DNA from: Pseudomonadota bacterium
GTDB taxonomy: Bacteria; Pseudomonadota; Alphaproteobacteria; Sphingomonadales; Sphingomonadaceae
DNA length: 64,000 bases
Assembly (NCBI GenBank): GCA_021794525.1
Contig: JAJYQP010000076.1
Coordinates: 4,901 to 68,900, forward strand
Direction: 5' to 3'
Positions 39,061 to 51,478 of this stretch are shown one piece after another. The notes beneath the pieces are model-generated. The model was given only the letters and a program-made list of their open reading frames with translations, was not told the DNA's origin and did no database searches. The stretch's first letter is position 1. The number at the start of each line of letters is the position of its first letter. The position numbers were made by a program, and so were the translations under genes.

Positions 39061-39399
39061 GATTTCGCGGAGGAACGCCATGGGAGAGGGGGTGTGCGTC
39101 AGCGTCGCCAGCCCCGCCTGGGTCAGCGCCGCGATCAGCATCCCGCAGGCGATCGAAACGCTCTCGGTCAGGTAGTAGTTCTGCGCGTTGCCGTCCTCCT
39201 CGATGCCGCCCTTGCGCTGCGCGAACACTGCGATCGGCCACAGCGCGGTTTCAAGGAAGGGCTTGTTCGCATCGGCGCCCAGGGAGGAGAGCGCATCGAG
39301 CCATTCCTCGCCCGCCTTGCCTCCTAGAACGCGCGCTCCTCCGCTTCGGCGAGCGCGATCGCGTCCGGGAGTTGCGGCAGCGTGAGGGGCGCGATGCAT
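39061..39399 (-). pseudogene. nitroreductase family gene remnant (lacks N-terminal third and C-terminus, internal frameshift)
   Basis: GGKAGEEWLDALSSLGADANKPFLETALWPIAVFAQRKG..NYYLTESVSIACGMLIAALTQAGLATLTHTPSPMAFLREI matches the central part of oxygen-insensitive nitroreductases. Similarity stops at 39061, next to the serB stop. Upstream, AIALAEAEERAF* lies in another frame. Confidence 0.55.
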
Positions 39400-39464
39400 C
39401 GGTCGCTATGCGCCGCTCCTTCCCCGAAAAAGCCGGGAAAAGGAAAGTGAGACGACCCGCCGTG

Positions 39465-39944
39465 CTATTCCCCGGCCGGCTCGGACTGGAGCTGGATGTA
39501 GTTCTGCAGCCCCATCTTCTCGATCAGCTCCTGTTGCTTCTCGAGGAAATCGACGTGCTCTTCCTCATTGTCGAGGATTTCGCGGAACAGCTCGCGCGTG
39601 ACGTAGTCGCGGACCGTCTCGCAATGCTCGATGGCATCGCGCAACAGCGGGATCGCCTCCTGCTCCAGCGCGAGATCGCCGGCGAGGATTTCGGGCACGC
39701 TGTCACCGATGCGGAGCGCGCCGATGCGCTGGAAATTGGGTAGCCCGTCAAGGAAGAGGATACGCTCCGCGAGCCTGTCGGCGTGCTGCATCTCCTCGAT
39801 CGATTCCTTGCGCTCGTACTGCGCCAGCCTGGCGATGCCCCAATGGTCCAGCATCCGGTAGTGGAGCCAGTACTGGTTGGTCGCGGTCAGCTCGTTGGTG
39901 AGCGCCTGGTTCAGGAATTCGATCACCTTGGGGTCGCCCCTCAT
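39465..39944 (-). CDS. bfr: bacterioferritin
   Basis: MRGDPKVIEFLNQALTNELTATNQYWLHYRMLDHWG...EEEHVDFLE, 159 aa. Confidence 0.96.
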   Translation of the reverse strand: MRGDPKVIEFLNQALTNELTATNQYWLHYRMLDHWGIARLAQYERKESIEEMQHADRLAERILFLDGLPNFQRIGALRIGDSVPEILAGDLALEQEAIPLLRDAIEHCETVRDYVTRELFREILDNEEEHVDFLEKQQELIEKMGLQNYIQLQSEPAGE

Positions 39945-40033
39945 CGCTCAGGCTCCTTCGATTTCAGGCAAGGCATAAGCCGTCGAGCCGGGCGATGGCC
40001 AGTGAAACCGACTCGCAATTCTGACGGAAAGAA

Positions 40034-40231
40034 TCAGGCGGCGCGGGGTGCGAATGCGAGGCGTTGGCAGGAACGTTCGGAGGCCAGGATCGCATCGGCG
40101 TGATCCTCACACCCTCCGCACTGGAGTCGGCATCCGAGGGTAGCGTAGGCACTATCGACGTCGTCGGCGCCGCGGCGTGCCGCTTCACGGATCTGCTCGG
40201 CCCGAATCACATTGCAACTGCACACGATCAT
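40034..40231 (-). CDS. bfd: bacterioferritin-associated ferredoxin (2Fe-2S)
   Basis: MIVCSCNVIRAEQIREA...LGCRLQCGGC shows the four-Cys BFD pattern. It lies directly upstream of bfr. Confidence 0.88.
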   Translation of the reverse strand: MIVCSCNVIRAEQIREAARRGADDVDSAYATLGCRLQCGGCEDHADAILASERSCQRLAFAPRAA

Positions 40232-40250
40232 GCCGCTATAGATATGCTAC

Positions 40251-40265
40251 TGCGAATGATTTGCA
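40251..40265 (-). promoter_or_regulatory. Fur-box-like palindrome upstream of bfd
   Basis: TGCGAATGATTTGCA has the reverse complement TGCAAATCATTCGCA. It matches 11 of 15 positions of TGATAATCATTATCA and lies 20-34 bp upstream of the bfd ATG. Confidence 0.5.
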
Positions 40266-40515
40266 ACTATGAAAATGCGAGTGTCGGAACGGCTGGCCGA
40301 GCATGGAGGGGTGGCTGGGCTTGCCTGAAATCGCGCCTGGCAGTTCGCCTCAATATTTCCCCATGCCTTGGCCGGATCGGAAACGAAGGTCAGCTTGAAG
40401 CACAATTTTTCGGATCGTGTCGGTGACGAAGCCCGGCATGGCGTCGAACCAGACCGCTGCCCGTCACGCAACGACAGCTGTTTTGCGAGCGGCGTGCCCG
40501 ACTATCCGGCGCCGC

Positions 40516-42792
<2,277 letters not shown>

Positions 42793-42802
42793 GGCCGCGC
42801 CC

Positions 42803-43483
42803 TTAGCGGCGGTAGCCGCCCATCGCCAGTCCTGCTGCGCGACGATGGCGGCGGGTTGTCCCCACCCAGCGGGCGAGCGCGATCAGCACCGCGTAGGAGA
42901 AAAGCGCTGTCAGCGGCATCTCGATACCATAGACGGTAGGCTGCGGGCCGAACCAGTTGATCGCCTGGAACAGCAGCATCACGCCAAACAGGATCAGCGG
43001 CGGCCCGACGGGTCCACGCGTGTTGCGCAGATAGAACCAGAACGCCGCCCCGGTCAGTGCGAGTTCCAGCGGGATCGCCACCATCGGCCAGTCCCATAGC
43101 CCGAACCCGAGTTTCGGCGGCTCCCCTGCCAGCGTTAGGTCGGGGCGGTGCACCAGCAGGTCCACGAACCAGTGCGACACCACCACCAGCGCGGCCCAGA
43201 TTCCGGCGGTGAGGCTGCGCAGCGCCGTCCACACGATCACTCCGAAACCCAGGCCCCACAGTGCCGCCCCCAGCAGGCTGTGCGTGTAGGGCATGTCGTA
43301 GAGGTCCATCGGGTTCATCGCGGTTATGCCGGGCACCACGCGCATATGCTCCACCCCGAAGATCGCGAAGGAGAAGAAGGCAAGGTCCACCAGCTGCGCC
43401 GCCACGAAGAGCGTGCCCAGGCGCGGCGCCTCGGGCGAGGTACCGGCGGCGACGAAAGCGGGCGCGAAATGGCCGATATACAC
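42803..43483 (-). CDS. integral membrane protein (possibly YdjM/DUF457-like metal-dependent hydrolase)
   Basis: About six hydrophobic helices, with His-containing motifs [13 protein letters not shown] and [14 protein letters not shown]. The GTG 43483 start is uncertain. The upstream part of the 431-aa track ORF is Arg/Pro-rich noise. Confidence 0.6.
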   Translation of the reverse strand: MYIGHFAPAFVAAGTSPEAPRLGTLFVAAQLVDLAFFSFAIFGVEHMRVVPGITAMNPMDLYDMPYTHSLLGAALWGLGFGVIVWTALRSLTAGIWAALVVVSHWFVDLLVHRPDLTLAGEPPKLGFGLWDWPMVAIPLELALTGAAFWFYLRNTRGPVGPPLILFGVMLLFQAINWFGPQPTVYGIEMPLTALFSYAVLIALARWVGTTRRHRRAAGLAMGGYRR

Positions 43484-43594
43484 CGCCTCAGCGCTCCGGC
43501 GGGCGCATCTGCGGCGCGATTGCGGAAAAACCCATGCAAATCCCCTCAGCCATTCCTTGACCCGGCGCGGGGCGGCGGTCAATGCTCCGCCAGG

Positions 43595-43846
43595 ATGGAA
43601 GAGGGACACCCCGATATCGGCGCGATGAGCTTCGAGGATGCGCTGCGCGCGCTCGAACAGGTCGTGCGCCGTCTGGAGAGCGGAGAGGCGCGGCTCGACG
43701 AGAGCATCGCCCTCTACGAACAGGGTGAAAAACTGCGGGCGCATTGCCAGGCGCGGCTCGATGCCGCGCAGGCCCGGATCGAGAAGATCGTGGCCGGGGC
43801 GGACGGCAAGCCCACCGGCACCGTGCCGTTCGACGCCGACGCATGA
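43595..43846 (+). CDS. xseB: exodeoxyribonuclease VII small subunit
   Basis: MSFEDALRALEQVVRRLESGEARLDESIALYEQGEKLRAHCQARLDAAQARIEKI. Start is ATG 43595, or alternatively 43625. Confidence 0.88.
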   Translation: MEEGHPDIGAMSFEDALRALEQVVRRLESGEARLDESIALYEQGEKLRAHCQARLDAAQARIEKIVAGADGKPTGTVPFDADA

Positions 43847-44757
43847 GTGCGGTGAGCAATCTCGTCGTCGACGACCTGCTCGGCGCCGCCTTCGCGCGTG
43901 TGCAGGCAGAGGTGGATGCGGCCTTCGATGCCTTCCTGGCCGTGCCGCAGGATAGCCGTGCCCGCCTGGTCGAGGCGATGCGCCACGCCGCGATCGGCGG
44001 CGGCAAGCGAGTGCGACCGCTGCTCCTGACCGCGACGGCGGATCTTTTCGGCGTCTCGCGCACCTCCGCGATAAATGCCGCCTGCGCCATAGAGGCAATC
44101 CATTGCTATTCGCTGATCCATGACGACCTGCCCTGCATGGACGATGACGACCTGCGCCACGGCAAGCCGACCGTCCACCGCGCCTTTGACGAGGCGACGG
44201 CGGTGCTGGCCGGCGACTCGCTGCACGCGCTCGCCTTCGACATCCTGACCCAGCCGGACACCAGCACCGATCCCTTCGTCCGTGCCGAGCTGGTCGAATG
44301 CCTCGCGCGCGCCAGCGGGTACGACGGGATGGCCGGCGGCCAGATGATGGACATGATGGCGGAGGAGGCGGACTACGACCTGCACCAGGTCACGCGGCTG
44401 CAGCAGCTCAAGACCGGCGCGCTGCTGGCGGCGAGCGTGGAGATGGGTGCGATCCTCGGACGGCTACCCGTGGAAGGTCGCGGCCCCTTGCGCGCCTATG
44501 CCCGCGACATCGGGCTCGCGTTCCAGATCGCGGACGACCTTCTCGACGTGGAAGGGGATGCGGGGCTCGCCGGCAAGGCGCTGCGCAAGGACGAGGGCAA
44601 GGGCAAGGCCACTTTCGTCACGCTGATGGGCGCTGACAAGGCGCGCGCGCAGGCACGGATGCTGGTGGACCAGGCAGCGTCCCATCTTGCCGGCTTCGGC
44701 GAGGAGGCCCGGCTGCTCCAGTCGCTCGCCCGCTTCATCGTGGAGCGCGACCGGTGA
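43843..44757 (+). CDS. ispA: farnesyl diphosphate synthase (polyprenyl synthetase family)
   Basis: Carries the two Asp-rich motifs LIHDDLPCMDDDDLRHG and FQIADDLLD. The ATG overlaps the xseB stop (ATGA). Confidence 0.9.
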   Translation: MSAVSNLVVDDLLGAAFARVQAEVDAAFDAFLAVPQDSRARLVEAMRHAAIGGGKRVRPLLLTATADLFGVSRTSAINAACAIEAIHCYSLIHDDLPCMDDDDLRHGKPTVHRAFDEATAVLAGDSLHALAFDILTQPDTSTDPFVRAELVECLARASGYDGMAGGQMMDMMAEEADYDLHQVTRLQQLKTGALLAASVEMGAILGRLPVEGRGPLRAYARDIGLAFQIADDLLDVEGDAGLAGKALRKDEGKGKATFVTLMGADKARAQARMLVDQAASHLAGFGEEARLLQSLARFIVERDR

Positions 44758-45269
44758 GCAGGCGGATCGGCGTCTATCCCGGCACCTTCGACCCGATCAC
44801 GCTCGGGCACATGGACATCATCGAGCGGGGGGCGAAGCTAGTCGACGAGCTGATCGTGGGCGTCACCACGAATGCGTCCAAATCGCCCATGTTCTCCGAC
44901 GAGGAGCGCATCGCGATGGTTTCGCGCGAGGTGGCGGGGATCGGCGGCGGGGCGGCCATCCGCGTGGTCGGTTTCGACACTCTGCTGGTAGATTTCGCCG
45001 AGGCGCAGGGTGCTTCGATCATTGTCCGCGGCATCCGCGGCGTGACCGATTTCGAATACGAGTACCAGCTCACCGGCATGAACCGCCAGTTGAACGAAAA
45101 GATCGACACCGTCTTCCTGATGGCCGACGTCGCGCTCCAGCCGATCGCCAGCAAGCTGGTCAAGGAAATCGCGAGTTACGGTGGCAACATTTCGCGCTTC
45201 GTGACTCCGGCGGTGGAGCGCGACGTGGTCGAGCGGATTGCATCCTCGGGCGCCGGACGACCACGCTAG
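44754..45269 (+). CDS. coaD: pantetheine-phosphate adenylyltransferase
   Basis: RIGVYPGTFDPITLGHMDIIERG...RGIRGVTDFEYE. The GTG overlaps the ispA stop (GTGA). Confidence 0.93.
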   Translation: MSRRIGVYPGTFDPITLGHMDIIERGAKLVDELIVGVTTNASKSPMFSDEERIAMVSREVAGIGGGAAIRVVGFDTLLVDFAEAQGASIIVRGIRGVTDFEYEYQLTGMNRQLNEKIDTVFLMADVALQPIASKLVKEIASYGGNISRFVTPAVERDVVERIASSGAGRPR

Positions 45270-45347
45270 CCCAAGCTATTCATTGCAGTGACAGCGCGCC
45301 ATGCTAGACGGCGCGGGCCCAGTTTCTCCTCTTTCGACGGACCTTCG

Positions 45348-46037
45348 ATGCTCAAGGCTTGTATCGCGCTTGCTACCCTCGCAGCAGTGACCGCTGCCCC
45401 CGCCCATGCGCTTGCCAAGCGCAAGGATGCCGCGGCAGAGGCCACCGCGCCGGCGGTCAATGCGGGCCAGTATGCCCCGGTCAATTACGACAAGACGGTG
45501 CAGCCGGAAAACGTGCTGCTGCTCGATCTGTCGAACGGCCAGCGGGTCGCGATCCGCCTTATGCCGGAATGGGCGCCAGAGCATGTTGCCCGGGTAAAGA
45601 CGCTGACCCAGCAGGGGTTCTACAACAATGTCGTCTTCCACCGCGTGATCGACGGCTTCATGGCGCAGACCGGCGATCCGACCGGGACGGGCCAGGGGGG
45701 CTCCTCGCTTCCCGACCTGAAGGCCGAATTCAACCCGCAGCCGCATCTGCGCGGCACGGTCTCGATGGCCCGCGCGGCGAGCGACGACAGCGCGAACAGC
45801 CAGTTCTTCATCGTGTTCTACCCGCGCTTCGCGCTCGACAGGAAGTATACAGTGTTCGGCCGGGTGATCGAGAACATGGCCGCGGTCGATGCGATCCAGC
45901 GGGGCGAGCCGCCCGAGAACCCGACCCGCATCGTCCAGGCCTCGCTCGCCAGCGAGAACAAGCCGATGCCGGCGATGACGGCACCCGCGCAGCCGGCGAT
46001 CACCGCCGACGAGCTCAACAAGCCGATCGGGAATTGA
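45348..46037 (+). CDS. periplasmic cyclophilin-type peptidyl-prolyl isomerase
   Basis: Signal peptide MLKACIALATLAAVTAAPAHA, then FHRVIDGFMAQTGDPTGTGQGGS and SQFFIVF. Confidence 0.9.
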   Translation: MLKACIALATLAAVTAAPAHALAKRKDAAAEATAPAVNAGQYAPVNYDKTVQPENVLLLDLSNGQRVAIRLMPEWAPEHVARVKTLTQQGFYNNVVFHRVIDGFMAQTGDPTGTGQGGSSLPDLKAEFNPQPHLRGTVSMARAASDDSANSQFFIVFYPRFALDRKYTVFGRVIENMAAVDAIQRGEPPENPTRIVQASLASENKPMPAMTAPAQPAITADELNKPIGN

Positions 46038-46069
46038 CCTGACTGCGGAGCCCCGCGAGAGGCGGGGCC

Positions 46070-47098
46070 ATGCGCGTCGATCTATTCGATTTCGAACTCC
46101 CCCCCGAACGCATCGCACTGAGACCGGTGCGCCCGCGCGATGCGGCCAGGATGCTCGTCGTGCGCGGCGAGGGGCCGTTCGAGGATGCCGGCGTGCGCGA
46201 TCTGCCGCGGCTCCTGCGGGCGGGCGATGTCCTGGTGTTCAACGACACGCGCGTGATCCCGGCCCGGCTCGAAGGGCTGCGTGGAGAAGCGCGGATCGGG
46301 GCGACGCTGCACAAGCGCATCGATCTTCGGCGCTGGCAGGCCTTCGTCCGCAATTCCAGGCGCCTGCGCGAGGGCGACGTCATCGTCTTTCCGCAAGACG
46401 TCACCGCGACCGCCGAGGCCTGCCACCCCGACGGCAGCTGGACACTCGCCTTCTCTGGCGAGGAGCCTGTCGAGGTGCTGCTCGAGCGCGCCGGAACCAT
46501 GCCGCTGCCACCCTATATCGCGGGCAAGCGCGGCACCGACGCGCAGGACCGCGAAGACTACCAGACCATGTTCGCGACCGAGGACGGAGCGGTGGCGGCA
46601 CCGACCGCCTCGCTCCACTTCACGCCCGAACTGGTCGCGGCGCTGGATGCGGCCGGGATCGGGCGCGAGACGCTGACGCTCCATGTCGGGGCGGGCACGT
46701 TCCTGCCGGTCAAGGTGGACGATACCGACGACCACGCCATGCACAGCGAGTGGGGCCGCATAGAGCCTGAGGTTGCCGATCGCTTGAATGCCGCGCGCGC
46801 CGCCGCTGGCCGGATCATCGCGGTGGGCACCACCAGCCTGCGCCTCCTCGAAAGCGCGGCGGGCGAGGACGGGGTGATCCGCCCCTTCGCCGGCGACACC
46901 GCGATCTTCATCACCCCCGGCTATCGCTTCAAGGCCATCGACGGGCTGATGACCAACTTCCACCTGCCCAAATCGACTCTGTTCATGCTGGTCAGCGCGC
47001 TGATGGGGCGGGAGCGAATGCAGGCTACCTATGCCCATGCTGTTGCACGGCAGTACCGGTTCTACAGCTATGGAGATTCCTCACTGCTACTGCCCTGA
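46070..47098 (+). CDS. queA: S-adenosylmethionine:tRNA ribosyltransferase-isomerase
   Basis: [31 protein letters not shown]...[16 protein letters not shown]. Confidence 0.95.
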   Translation: MRVDLFDFELPPERIALRPVRPRDAARMLVVRGEGPFEDAGVRDLPRLLRAGDVLVFNDTRVIPARLEGLRGEARIGATLHKRIDLRRWQAFVRNSRRLREGDVIVFPQDVTATAEACHPDGSWTLAFSGEEPVEVLLERAGTMPLPPYIAGKRGTDAQDREDYQTMFATEDGAVAAPTASLHFTPELVAALDAAGIGRETLTLHVGAGTFLPVKVDDTDDHAMHSEWGRIEPEVADRLNAARAAAGRIIAVGTTSLRLLESAAGEDGVIRPFAGDTAIFITPGYRFKAIDGLMTNFHLPKSTLFMLVSALMGRERMQATYAHAVARQYRFYSYGDSSLLLP

Positions 47099-47171
47099 AC
47101 TGGCCGACACGGCGCTGGCATCGGGAGCCTGTCGCCGCAAGCGTCTCTCCCGTCCAAATCCAACCCGCCGC

Positions 47172-47417
47172 AGCGTGATGGCGGGCGGCGGCGAGAATGG
47201 CTGCCGCATCTTGCGCCAGCACCCAGAAGTCCTGGGTAAAACCGCCGCCGGATTTTCCGTCACCGCGCTTGTCGTACACAAGCGCGCCGATCGGCAAGAT
47301 CATCCGGGCGGCAAGAGTGGCTCCGCCAACGGCAGGGACCGCAAATTCCTCGATGGTCAAAGGCACCCGACGGGCGCTTCGGTGCACACCGTCAGCGTAA
47401 CAAAAGTTATGGCACAC
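47172..47417 (-). pseudogene. possible decayed fragment of an alpha/beta hydrolase gene
   Basis: VPLTIEEFAVPAVGGATLAARMILP joins directly to ALVYDKRGDGKSGGGFTQDFWVLAQDAAAILAAAR. Both pieces resemble the N-terminal region of YDKRG-type hydrolases, but the intervening HGSG segment and the catalytic domain are absent. The ORF then runs into queA antisense. Confidence 0.3.
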
Positions 47418-47539
47418 GCGGCGACATATACACGCATTGGATCAACCGCCCAATCGAGTCTGCCTGTCTGGCTCTTTCTGCTTGCCACCCGTGCGACCGG
47501 GCTTTCGCCCGCCTCGTATTGCGATTAGCTGAACAGCGA

Positions 47540-48477
<938 letters not shown>

Positions 48478-48481
<4 letters not shown>

Positions 48482-49245
48482 GCTTCAATGCACGGGGTGC
48501 CTGGTCGATCTTCATCCGCGAACTGATGCGTTTCCTGCGCACCGCCTTCCAGTCGGTGCTGGCGCCGGTGATGACGACCTCGCTCTATTTCATCGTCTTC
48601 GGTGCCGCGATCGGCGGGCGGATGGGCGACATCGGCGGGGTGGACTACGCCGCCTTCATCATCCCCGGCCTGCTGATGCTGACCCTGCTGGGCGAGACGA
48701 CCAGCAATGCCAGTTTCGGCATCTATATGCCGCGCTTCACCGGCACGATCTACGAGCTGCTGTCGGCGCCGGTAGGCGTCGCTGAGACGCTGATCGGCTT
48801 CGTCGGGGCGGCAGCGGTGAAGAGCCTCATCCTTGCAGCGATCATCCTCGCGACGGCGCGGCTCTTCGTCGACTATCACATCGCGCATCCAATCATCGCG
48901 TTGCTCTACATCATGCTGGTTGCCGCGGCCTTCGCGCTGTTCGGCTTCATCCTCGGCATCTGGGCGGACGGGTTCGAAAAGCTGGGCATCATCCCGATGC
49001 TGTTCCTGACCCCTCTGACCTTCCTCGGCGGCACGTTCTATTCGATCGCGATGCTGCCCAAGCCCTGGGACACGATCGCGCTGTTCAATCCGATCGTCTA
49101 TCTCGTCAGCGGACTGCGTTGGGCCTTCTACGGCACGGCGGACGTCCATTTTACCGTTTCGCTCGCCATCACACTGGGTTTCCTGGCGGTCTGCGTGGCT
49201 GTGATCGCGGTTATCTTCCGCACGGGCTGGCGGCTGCGGACCTGA
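48478..49245 (+). CDS. ABC-2 type transporter permease
   Basis: 255 aa with six hydrophobic helices, starting [31 protein letters not shown]. The ATG overlaps the ATPase stop (ATGA). Confidence 0.88.
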
Positions 49246-49295
49246 CCGGCCAGGGGTTTATCCCCGCCGCTGCAGCGGCTATCACGCCGCCATCC

Positions 49296-50288
49296 ATGAT
49301 CGCACGATGTCCACCGACGGCCTGCCTGCTGCTGCTGCTTGCCGCTTTCCCTGCGCCGGGGTCAGCGCAGGTCATCATCCTGCCGGATGTGACACCCGCT
49401 CCCGTGCTGCCCGATCCCGTGCGCGCGATGATCGACGCCGCGATCGCCACCGGCGACGAGGACAAGATTCGCACGGTGGTCGATCTCGCCAAGGCCACCA
49501 ACCCCGCAGCGATTGCGGACATCGATGCGCTGTACAAGGCTTTCGCCGACAACCGGGCTGCGGAGCGGCTGCTGGCCGAAGAGCGCCGCCTTGCCGCGAT
49601 CCGAGAGGCGGGGGTGCTCGAAAACTGGAAGGGGCGCGGCGAGATCGGCGGATTCCGACAGACCGGAAACAGCCGCAACACCGGGCTGAGCGCAGGATTC
49701 AATCTAAAGCGCGAAGGTATTCGATGGTCGCACCAGCTTCGCGCTAGTGCCGATTACCAGCGCTCCGCCGGGATCACCTCGCGCGAGAAGTACTTCGCCG
49801 CGTATGAGCCGCGCCATCAGGTCGGTGAAGATCTGTTCGCCTACGGCCTGGTCCAGTTCGAAAGTGACCGCTTTCAGGGTTTTCATGGCCGCTATGCCCT
49901 GTCGGCCGGCGTCGGCTATCAGGCGGTTAAGCGGCCCGGTCTCAATCTCGCAGTCAAGGCCGGTCCCGCGCTGCGCCATACCGAATTCACCAGCGGGGAG
50001 GACGACACACGCCTCGCGGGATTGCTAGGCCTTGATTTGGACTGGACCGTTTCGGATGGGGTCAAGCTGACGCAAGACGCCAACCTGGTCGCCGAAACCG
50101 GCGGCGCAGCCACGGTGATCTTCGATTCGCGCAACACCACGCTGGCGCTTCTCACCGGCCTGGAGGCGCGGATCACCGGCAAGCTTTCGACCCGGCTGTC
50201 CTACGCGGTCGATTATCAAAGCGATCCTCCGTCGGGGAAGGTAAGCACCGATACGCTCTCTCGCGTGACCTTCATCTACGGCTTCTGA
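49296..50288 (+). CDS. DUF481 (YdiY-like) outer membrane beta-barrel protein
   Basis: Signal peptide [25 protein letters not shown], then alternating beta-strand pattern and a C-terminal ...[10 protein letters not shown] ending in an aromatic residue. Confidence 0.75.
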   Translation: MIARCPPTACLLLLLAAFPAPGSAQVIILPDVTPAPVLPDPVRAMIDAAIATGDEDKIRTVVDLAKATNPAAIADIDALYKAFADNRAAERLLAEERRLAAIREAGVLENWKGRGEIGGFRQTGNSRNTGLSAGFNLKREGIRWSHQLRASADYQRSAGITSREKYFAAYEPRHQVGEDLFAYGLVQFESDRFQGFHGRYALSAGVGYQAVKRPGLNLAVKAGPALRHTEFTSGEDDTRLAGLLGLDLDWTVSDGVKLTQDANLVAETGGAATVIFDSRNTTLALLTGLEARITGKLSTRLSYAVDYQSDPPSGKVSTDTLSRVTFIYGF

Positions 50289-51424
50289 TGAGCGCTCCCC
50301 GGTTCCGTTTCACTGTCGCGGCGCGCGACGGCAAGGCACGCACTGGCACCATCGAGATGCAGCGCGGCACCGTCCGCACGCCCGCCTTCATGCCCGTGGG
50401 CACTGCCGGCACGGTCAAGGCGATGAAGCCCGAGACCGTGCGCACGACCGGCACCGATATCATCCTCGGTAACACCTATCACCTGATGCTCCGCCCCGGC
50501 GCGGAGCGGGTGGCGCGGCTTGGCGGGTTGCACAGGTTTATGATGTGGGACCGTCCGATCCTGACCGATAGTGGCGGTTATCAAGTGATGAGCCTGTCCG
50601 ATCTCAGGAAACTGACCGAGAAGGGCGTCGAGTTTTCCAGCCATATCGACGGGAGCCGACACTTGCTGACCCCCGAACGCTCGATGGAAATCCAGCGCTT
50701 GCTTGGCAGCGATATCGTGATGGCCTTCGACGAATGTCCGCGCGCTGACCGGCCCTTCGCAGAAATCGAGGCGAGCATGGAGATATCGATGCGCTGGGCC
50801 AGGCGCAGCCGCGATGGCTTCGACCGCGGCGCGGAGCACGCGAGCCGATCGGCGCTGTTCGGCATACAGCAGGGCGCGCTCGACGAAGGGCTGCGCCGCC
50901 GCTCTGCCGATGCGCTGCGCGAAATCGGCTTCGACGGCTACGCCATCGGCGGGCTGGCGGTGGGCGAGGGGCAGGAGGCGATGTTCGCCACCCTCGACTT
51001 CGCGCCGGCGATGCTGCCCGAGGACTCGCCGCGTTACCTCATGGGCGTCGGCAAGCCCGACGATCTCGTCGGCGCGGTCGAGCGGGGGGTCGACATGTTC
51101 GATTGCGTGCTGCCCACGCGATCGGGGCGCAACGGGCAGGCCTTCACATGGACCGGCCCGCTCAATTTGCGCAACGCGCGCCACACCGAAGATCAGGCAC
51201 CGCTGGACGAGCGGTGCGCCTGTGCGGTCTGCGCGACCTACAGCCGCGCCTATCTGCACCATCTCGTCAAGGCCGGCGAAATCCTCGGCGCGATGCTGAT
51301 GAGCGAACACAATATCGCCTTCTACCAGCAGCTGATGCAGGCGATGCGCGATGCGATAGGCGCGGGGAGCTTTGCTATATTCGCTCGCGAATTTCGCCAC
51401 GATTACCTCGCCAATACCGCTTGA
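50288..51424 (+). CDS. tgt: queuine tRNA-ribosyltransferase
   Basis: [29 protein letters not shown]...[12 protein letters not shown]...CxCxxC zinc site (CACAVC). Confidence 0.96.
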   Translation: MSAPRFRFTVAARDGKARTGTIEMQRGTVRTPAFMPVGTAGTVKAMKPETVRTTGTDIILGNTYHLMLRPGAERVARLGGLHRFMMWDRPILTDSGGYQVMSLSDLRKLTEKGVEFSSHIDGSRHLLTPERSMEIQRLLGSDIVMAFDECPRADRPFAEIEASMEISMRWARRSRDGFDRGAEHASRSALFGIQQGALDEGLRRRSADALREIGFDGYAIGGLAVGEGQEAMFATLDFAPAMLPEDSPRYLMGVGKPDDLVGAVERGVDMFDCVLPTRSGRNGQAFTWTGPLNLRNARHTEDQAPLDERCACAVCATYSRAYLHHLVKAGEILGAMLMSEHNIAFYQQLMQAMRDAIGAGSFAIFAREFRHDYLANTA

Positions 51425-51478
51425 TCGGGCTCGTATCGCCGCTAGACTGCCGACGGGTCATGCAAACAGGGGGGTTTC

